Source: an uncultured bacterium
GTDB lineage: Bacteria; Babelota; Babeliae; Babelales; RVW-14
Direction of reading: 5' to 3'
Length of the DNA stretch: 64,000 nt
Assembly: GCA_963759805.1 (NCBI GenBank)
Contig: CAVXAT010000002.1
Span: 32,001 to 96,000 of the forward strand
Position 1 is the first letter of the stretch; each line of letters begins with the position of its first letter. Of the stretch, positions 58,124-64,000 are shown piece by piece. The translations under genes and the position numbers were made by a program. The notes under the pieces were generated by a model. The model saw only the letters and a program-made list of their open reading frames with translations. It was not told the DNA's origin and made no database searches.

Positions 58124-60661
58124 ATGATTGCACAAATTCTTGCCAAAGTTTTTGGCACACAAAACGAACGTGAATTAAAAAAAATACGCCCGGTTGTTGA
58201 GCGTATCAACGCGCTTGAACCCGAAATTTCACAACTGACGGATGAACAGTTAACATTAAAAACAAATGAGTTCAGACAGAGAATTTCGCAGGGCGAAACT
58301 CTTGATTCAATTCTGCCTGAAGCATTTGCAACCGTAAGAGAAACAAGCAAGCGATTACGAGGGGAACGTCATTTTGATGTTCAGATGATTGGTGGCATTG
58401 TTTTGCACCAGGGTAAAATTGCAGAAATGAAGACGGGTGAAGGAAAAACGCTTGTTGCCACTCTCCCCCTCTACCTCAACGCTCTTGAAGGTAAAGGCGC
58501 CCATCTTGTTACCGTTAACGATTATCTGGCAAAATATCACTCCGAAATAATGGGCGTAATTTACAAACACCTGGGACTTGAGGTTGGCGTTATTCAAAAC
58601 TACATGAACGATGAAGAGAGACAGAAGGCTTACGGTGCCGATATAACATACGGAACAAACAACGAGTTTGGTTTTGACTATCTTCGTGACAACATGAAAT
58701 TCGATTTAAGCGAACTTGTACAACGAAAGCTAAATTTTGCAATCGTTGACGAGGTTGACTCGATATTAATCGACGAAGCGCGAACTCCACTCATAATATC
58801 CGGACCTGCAGAAAAGGGCAGCAATCTATACAAAGAAGCCGATAATGCTATTTTGAAATTACGTCGAGAGGATTATGATATCGATGAAAAAGAACGCTCG
58901 GTACATTTGGGAGAAAGCGGCGTTGATAAGATCGAAGAGATATTTCATATAAAAAATTTATATGCCCCCGAAAATATTCTCACACTCCATCACGTGACAC
59001 AAGCACTGCGAGCACACACATTATTTAAAATTGACGTAGATTACGTTGTTCGTGAAAGTGAAGTATTAATCGTTGATGAATTCACAGGCCGAATTCTACC
59101 CGGACGTCGTTACAGTGACGGACTTCACCAGGCACTTGAGGCCAAAGAGAATGTCAAAGTCGAACGAGAAAATCAAACCCTTGCAACAATTACATTACAA
59201 AATTACTTTAGGCTTTATGGCAAACTGGCAGGTATGACCGGTACGGCAGAAACCGAGGCCGCAGAGTTCTGGAAAATTTATAAATTGGCAGTTGTTGTAA
59301 TTCCCACAAACAAACCAATGATCCGGTTGGATCAACCCGACATCATTTTTTTAACCAGAAATGATAAATATAATGCTGTAATTGATGATATAAAAAATTG
59401 TTACAAACGAGGGCAACCGGTTCTTATCGGTACAATTTCAATTGAAACCTCCGAACTTTTGAGCTATAAACTTGCCCAAGCTGGCATTCCACACAACGTT
59501 TTAAATGCAAAGCAACACGCACGAGAAGCAGAGATTGTTAAAGAGGCAGGCGAAAAATACAAACTCACAATAGCAACAAACATGGCCGGTCGTGGTACCG
59601 ATATTAAACTTGGAGATGGAGTTCGCGAGCTGGGCGGACTACGAATCATAGGCACTGAACGGCATGAAAGTCGCCGAATTGATAATCAATTACGAGGCCG
59701 ATCCGGACGTCAGGGCGACATGGGATCATCAAAGTTTTATATCTCACTTGAAGATGATTTAATGCGTATTTTCGGCGGTGAACGCTTGAAAAAAACAATG
59801 GAACGCATTGGAATGAAAGAGGGAGAGAGCATTGAGCACCGTATGGTCTCGCGCAGCATAGAAAAGGCTCAAGAGAAAGTTGAAAAACATAACTTTGACA
59901 TTCGTAAACATCTGATTGAGTACGACGATGTGATGAATCAACAACGTAATGTTATTTATCAATATCGCCGAAGCATTCTTGACGGTGGAGATAATTCAAT
60001 TGGCTTGATAAAAGACATGATCGCCGACGTTGTTCATGGACTTTTTGAAATTCATTGCCCAAACAATGTTTACTCGGAAGAAAACAGGCGCGAACTTTTT
60101 GATGCCATTGAGAAGCTTACAGGAATTAAACCGGAGATTTTTGAATCGGTAGAGTTCAAACAAAGAACCAGCGGCACTCTGGAAGAGGGAGTTTGCGAAT
60201 TTTTAATTTATCTGTATGAACAGTTCAGAAAAACCATTCCTGTGGACTTTGTTGATAAAGCAGAGAAGTGGATACTTCTCGAGACTATCGATCATGCATG
60301 GAAACAGCATCTTTTAAATATTGATCATTTAAAAGAAGGCATTGGCCTACGTGGTTATGGTCAAAAGAATCCGCTTATCGAATACAAAAGAGAGTCATTT
60401 ACTGCATTTCAGATGATGATCGGGGAAATCAAGTGGGATATCGCTCAACGCATATTTAGAATGAAGCCTGATGATTCAACAGTTGAGATGATTGAGGAAA
60501 TAGAAGAAGAAAAAGAAAAAGAACTTGACTCGTTGCAGCTGGGAGGAGCTAGTGAGGTCTCCAAACCACAGCCAACTAAACGCGCCACGCCAAAAATTGG
60601 GCGTAATGAACCTTGTCCATGTGGATCCGGTAAGAAATTCAAGCACTGCTGCGGAAAGTAG
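58124..60661 (+). CDS. secA: Preprotein translocase ATPase SecA
   Basis: [59 protein letters not shown] motif [14 protein letters not shown]. Confidence 0.98.
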   Translation: MIAQILAKVFGTQNERELKKIRPVVERINALEPEISQLTDEQLTLKTNEFRQRISQGETLDSILPEAFATVRETSKRLRGERHFDVQMIGGIVLHQGKIAEMKTGEGKTLVATLPLYLNALEGKGAHLVTVNDYLAKYHSEIMGVIYKHLGLEVGVIQNYMNDEERQKAYGADITYGTNNEFGFDYLRDNMKFDLSELVQRKLNFAIVDEVDSILIDEARTPLIISGPAEKGSNLYKEADNAILKLRREDYDIDEKERSVHLGESGVDKIEEIFHIKNLYAPENILTLHHVTQALRAHTLFKIDVDYVVRESEVLIVDEFTGRILPGRRYSDGLHQALEAKENVKVERENQTLATITLQNYFRLYGKLAGMTGTAETEAAEFWKIYKLAVVVIPTNKPMIRLDQPDIIFLTRNDKYNAVIDDIKNCYKRGQPVLIGTISIETSELLSYKLAQAGIPHNVLNAKQHAREAEIVKEAGEKYKLTIATNMAGRGTDIKLGDGVRELGGLRIIGTERHESRRIDNQLRGRSGRQGDMGSSKFYISLEDDLMRIFGGERLKKTMERIGMKEGESIEHRMVSRSIEKAQEKVEKHNFDIRKHLIEYDDVMNQQRNVIYQYRRSILDGGDNSIGLIKDMIADVVHGLFEIHCPNNVYSEENRRELFDAIEKLTGIKPEIFESVEFKQRTSGTLEEGVCEFLIYLYEQFRKTIPVDFVDKAEKWILLETIDHAWKQHLLNIDHLKEGIGLRGYGQKNPLIEYKRESFTAFQMMIGEIKWDIAQRIFRMKPDDSTVEMIEEIEEEKEKELDSLQLGGASEVSKPQPTKRATPKIGRNEPCPCGSGKKFKHCCGK

Positions 60662-60717
60662 AATACTTAAGAAATTATTTCAAAACCCGTTTACGCAAAT
60701 TAATTGACGAATCTCTC

Positions 60718-61956
60718 TTACTTAATTATCAGCCAATCAAAAAGTGCTTTCTCACCAGGGTACTTTTCAAAAATTATATCTTCTACCGCTTCAAGTTTTT
60801 TAATGTTAAGCTTTGTTTTTGCCATTCCCCTTAACGCCTTTTTAAAGCGCTTGTATGGCGGCCCACCGTCATAAATTTCTTCCATCGACATAAGATCTGT
60901 AACTCCAGTATTAACTTTTTCTGCTTTTATTTTTTTCCAAACTTCTATTATCGCATCTATTTGAGCATCTGTGATTCCCTTAGGATCTTTAATGGCTGCA
61001 TCCCACCATTTATCCGTATTCTTAAAATCACCAACTTGCTCTAATTTTTCTTTTAAATTAACTAATTTTGTTGAAAGCAATTGCAATTTTTCATTTAACT
61101 GAGAAAGTTTTGTCTTTAGCAATTCAAGCTTATCTCTTAGTGGCTTCGATGAATCAGCATGAGAAGGTGGTTTAGGTCGAGAGGGCAGCGGACGATGTGT
61201 GCCAGACTGAGGGAGCAGAGAAGCGGGCAACTTAACTTTTTTCGGCAAAAATTCTTTTATTGTCGATAATTTCACAAATTTGGTCAATCTTTCAACTTGC
61301 AGATTGTAAGATTGCATTTTTTCATCTTTTCGCTCTTTAGACCAACTTAATAAACGTGTCGCCTCTTTTTCTACAAATTTTTCTACTTCTGAATTAATAT
61401 TAACATTCAATCGCCCCGAAAATGCAACTAAAGCTGAAATAGCCTCGCAAGCATCTTCCGTAAAATTTAATTTGCTTATGTATGAAGCAATTGCATCCCA
61501 ATTAATACTCAGATCGGAGCCCGACACACATTTCGACATCGGAACTATTTGATTGTATCTACGTAAAAATTCGAAAAATAATTTTATTTGCTTATTTTTA
61601 TCTGAAATCGATTGAGGACTTGGGGAGGGTTGAAATGTAAACAATTTTGATGCCTCTCTTTTCATAACATCTCCCACTGCTTTGCTACCTTTTGAAGGCA
61701 ATGGATATGATCTATATTTTTCCATTATTTTTAAAATAATCGGACAAGCACCGTTGATAAAATCTAGTTTAACATCTCTCAAATATCGAATAATATCATC
61801 CCAATCGCTTGACGTGTCTAGCGCATTTTCAGTAAACGCCACATCAACCGCATCAATTCGCACTAAGGCATCTGATACTGATTTTATTTTATCAGCCCCA
61901 ACACCAAACTCTATAAAAAAAATACTCATCAGTAATATTATTAATTTTTTATTCAC
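60718..61956 (-). CDS. Hypothetical exported protein with two internal helical repeats and a coiled coil
   Basis: GGAGAGG RBS before GTG 61956; signal peptide; SDWDDIIRYL..V / INWDAIASYI..L repeats. Confidence 0.65.
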   Translation of the reverse strand: MNKKLIILLMSIFFIEFGVGADKIKSVSDALVRIDAVDVAFTENALDTSSDWDDIIRYLRDVKLDFINGACPIILKIMEKYRSYPLPSKGSKAVGDVMKREASKLFTFQPSPSPQSISDKNKQIKLFFEFLRRYNQIVPMSKCVSGSDLSINWDAIASYISKLNFTEDACEAISALVAFSGRLNVNINSEVEKFVEKEATRLLSWSKERKDEKMQSYNLQVERLTKFVKLSTIKEFLPKKVKLPASLLPQSGTHRPLPSRPKPPSHADSSKPLRDKLELLKTKLSQLNEKLQLLSTKLVNLKEKLEQVGDFKNTDKWWDAAIKDPKGITDAQIDAIIEVWKKIKAEKVNTGVTDLMSMEEIYDGGPPYKRFKKALRGMAKTKLNIKKLEAVEDIIFEKYPGEKALFDWLIIK

Positions 61957-62043
61957 GGCCTCTCCTTGCTCCTTCCTCAAATCCATTTTAAAAAGCTGAA
62001 ACTTCATGTACTATGAAACCATATAACAAAAGAAAGGCATTAT

Positions 62044-62673
62044 ATGCAATTAACTCAAATTTTTTCTCCACAAATATTAGTTTGGCTGGCAATGTTGCTG
62101 TACACCCTGTGCTTCTTGCCACAAATTATAGAAAACTATCGAATTAAATCAGGCACGGGATTGAGTGATTACTTTCTGCTGGCATATCTAAACACCTACA
62201 TCACTCTTATTTATTACGTGTTTTGCTTGAACTTACCGATTGCATACAAAATTGCATGCCCGGCCCAGGGCATCGCCACAATAATTTTGATAGCACAGCG
62301 GCTTTATTACAATCATTCAGAAACCCATGGCGCAAAATTTTATGGGTTAATTTATGGAGCAAATCTACTTGGGGCACTGATTTTTATACCACTAGCAATC
62401 ATGCATCCCACTCATGCCGGCCATATTTTTGGCTGGATTTCATTTATTCTGATTCTTTTAAACCAGATGCCTCAAGTCTTCAGGGTAATTGCAACCAAAA
62501 GCGTTGCCGGATTTAGTTACATGTTTATACTGATAATGGCGGGTGCAGCAGGCATAGAACTCTACACTTCATTGGTACTAGGGTTACCAATGCAGACAAT
62601 TTTATCGGCAGCGCGAGGGTTGTTATACTTTGTGATCTTCAGCGCGTTGTTTTTGATGTATCATAGAGAATAA
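62044..62673 (+). CDS. PQ-loop repeat membrane protein (two PQ loops)
   Basis: LPQIIENYR.KSG.GLS and MPQVFR.I.TKSV.GFS; about 7 TMs. Confidence 0.85.
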   Translation: MQLTQIFSPQILVWLAMLLYTLCFLPQIIENYRIKSGTGLSDYFLLAYLNTYITLIYYVFCLNLPIAYKIACPAQGIATIILIAQRLYYNHSETHGAKFYGLIYGANLLGALIFIPLAIMHPTHAGHIFGWISFILILLNQMPQVFRVIATKSVAGFSYMFILIMAGAAGIELYTSLVLGLPMQTILSAARGLLYFVIFSALFLMYHRE

Positions 62674-62675
62674 AC

Positions 62676-63875
62676 TTATAACGCAAGTGATTTCTTCTTT
62701 AGAGATTCAACTAGTCCAGCCGAATCTTGCCAACTTATCAAATGCCCAGATTTATTTTCTTGAGTGTGCTCACCCCCATAAATCACATATCCACCAGATT
62801 TGTCGGAATTAGACATCTCATTCCATCTGTTCAATCCATCAAAATAGTCATTCAAAGCAGATGCTCCAGATTTTATTTCTATCGGAATTAGCTTAATACC
62901 TAAATCAATTAAACAATCCACTTCAATTCTACCATTCAAGTCACGCCAAAAATAAATAGGCGCCGTACTGCCAATATTAAAGTACTGCTTAAATATATCT
63001 GCAATTATGAAGCACTCAAAAAGAGGCCCTTTGAATGAACTTAACGCTAATTCTTCAGAAGATCGAATACTAAGAAGAGAACAGGCGAGTCCTGTGTCAT
63101 AAAAAAAAAGCTTAGATGTCTTTGTAACCCGTTTATTAAAATTTGCATGGTATGGTTTTAACAAAAAAATTATGTAACTTGCCTCCAAAATAGAAATCCA
63201 GCTTTTGGCAGTTTTCTGGTTAATTCCGCAGCTGGTTGCCAAATCCGTAAGATTTAAAAGCTGCCCAACCCTGCCTGCACAAAGCTGCATAAATTTTTGA
63301 AATGTACTCAAATTTTCAACGTTAATAAGTTGGCGAATGTCCCGCTCTGCATATGACTGAATATATGATGGGTAAAAATCCAATGGAGACAAACCTTTTG
63401 CGTAAACCCTTGGATATCCACCATTAAATATTTGCATATGAGCATTGTTATTTAAATGGCCATTCTCTTTAAGTTCATTTATAGATAATGGAAGCAAACT
63501 CAAAATCCCAATTCTTCCAGCCAATGACTGAGTAATCGCCTGATTCATCAAAAAATTTTGTGACCCCGTTAGTACAAAATATCCTGGTCTGTCTTTAGCA
63601 TCAGCATCAAGCTGTATGTATGAAAGAATTTGTGGAACATATTGAAACTCATCCAAAATTACTCCATTCTCATTCTCATACTCTAACAAAAAACCCTTGG
63701 GATTTTCTGCTGCAAATTTACGGATTAACGGATCTTCAAAATTTAAATATTTATGTTTAGAAAAAAAATCCTTAACCAGAGTTGTTTTTCCCGATTGCCG
63801 AGGCCCAAAAACACCAACAACAGGAAACTTAGAGAATCTCGCCAATGCATCTCTTAAATCTCTTCTAAAAATCAT
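62676..63875 (-). CDS. AAA_14 + DUF4143-type ATPase
   Basis: GPRQSGKTT, ILDEFQ, LTGSQ, SLAGR, GGYP, YFWRD....EVD........IPIEIKS. Confidence 0.9.
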   Translation of the reverse strand: MIFRRDLRDALARFSKFPVVGVFGPRQSGKTTLVKDFFSKHKYLNFEDPLIRKFAAENPKGFLLEYENENGVILDEFQYVPQILSYIQLDADAKDRPGYFVLTGSQNFLMNQAITQSLAGRIGILSLLPLSINELKENGHLNNNAHMQIFNGGYPRVYAKGLSPLDFYPSYIQSYAERDIRQLINVENLSTFQKFMQLCAGRVGQLLNLTDLATSCGINQKTAKSWISILEASYIIFLLKPYHANFNKRVTKTSKLFFYDTGLACSLLSIRSSEELALSSFKGPLFECFIIADIFKQYFNIGSTAPIYFWRDLNGRIEVDCLIDLGIKLIPIEIKSGASALNDYFDGLNRWNEMSNSDKSGGYVIYGGEHTQENKSGHLISWQDSAGLVESLKKKSLAL

Positions 63876-64000
63876 CGGTAACTCCTAGCATAAAAAGTTA
63901 ATTTCGTGCAGATGTGCCAATCAACTACCATATTAGCACAAAACCAAGTTTATAGCCAGCCAATCAACATTTTCCAAGCATAAATAAGCAAAAAACAAGT

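Overview
AT-rich bacterial chromosome segment. The mix of core genes with many signal-peptide-bearing WD40, ankyrin, pentapeptide and ubiquitin-protease proteins suggests an intracellular parasite of protists, most likely Candidatus Dependentiae/Babeliae (TM6). This is inferred from gene content, not a database result. Core genes include pepP, an LptD-like gene, recR, yidC, an amidase, acs, tlyA, an HtrA-like protease, pssA, grpE, metG, lepB, potABCD, rnpB, mnmA and secA. Three things stand out. (1) A family of GC-rich palindromic mini-elements built from 33/36-bp hairpin units that insert into each other (up to three nested levels) and sit in frame inside mnmA, acs and probably an amidase. 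(2) An accessory island between grpE and metG (about 22.6-40.0 kb) holding a tandem USP deubiquitinase/pseudo-DUB protein and a polymorphic toxin locus. That locus has a 1332-aa signal-peptide protein with a nuclease-like C-terminus plus a probable immunity gene, then an orphan alternative C-terminal cassette linked by a 232-bp direct repeat. The cassette's colicin-E3-like RNase tip is only visible after removing an IS3-family insertion in silico. (3) The RNase P RNA gene overlaps the 3' end of a same-strand CDS. Several TA modules and three AAA_14/DUF4143-type ATPases are also present. I saw no CRISPR array, tRNA or rRNA.
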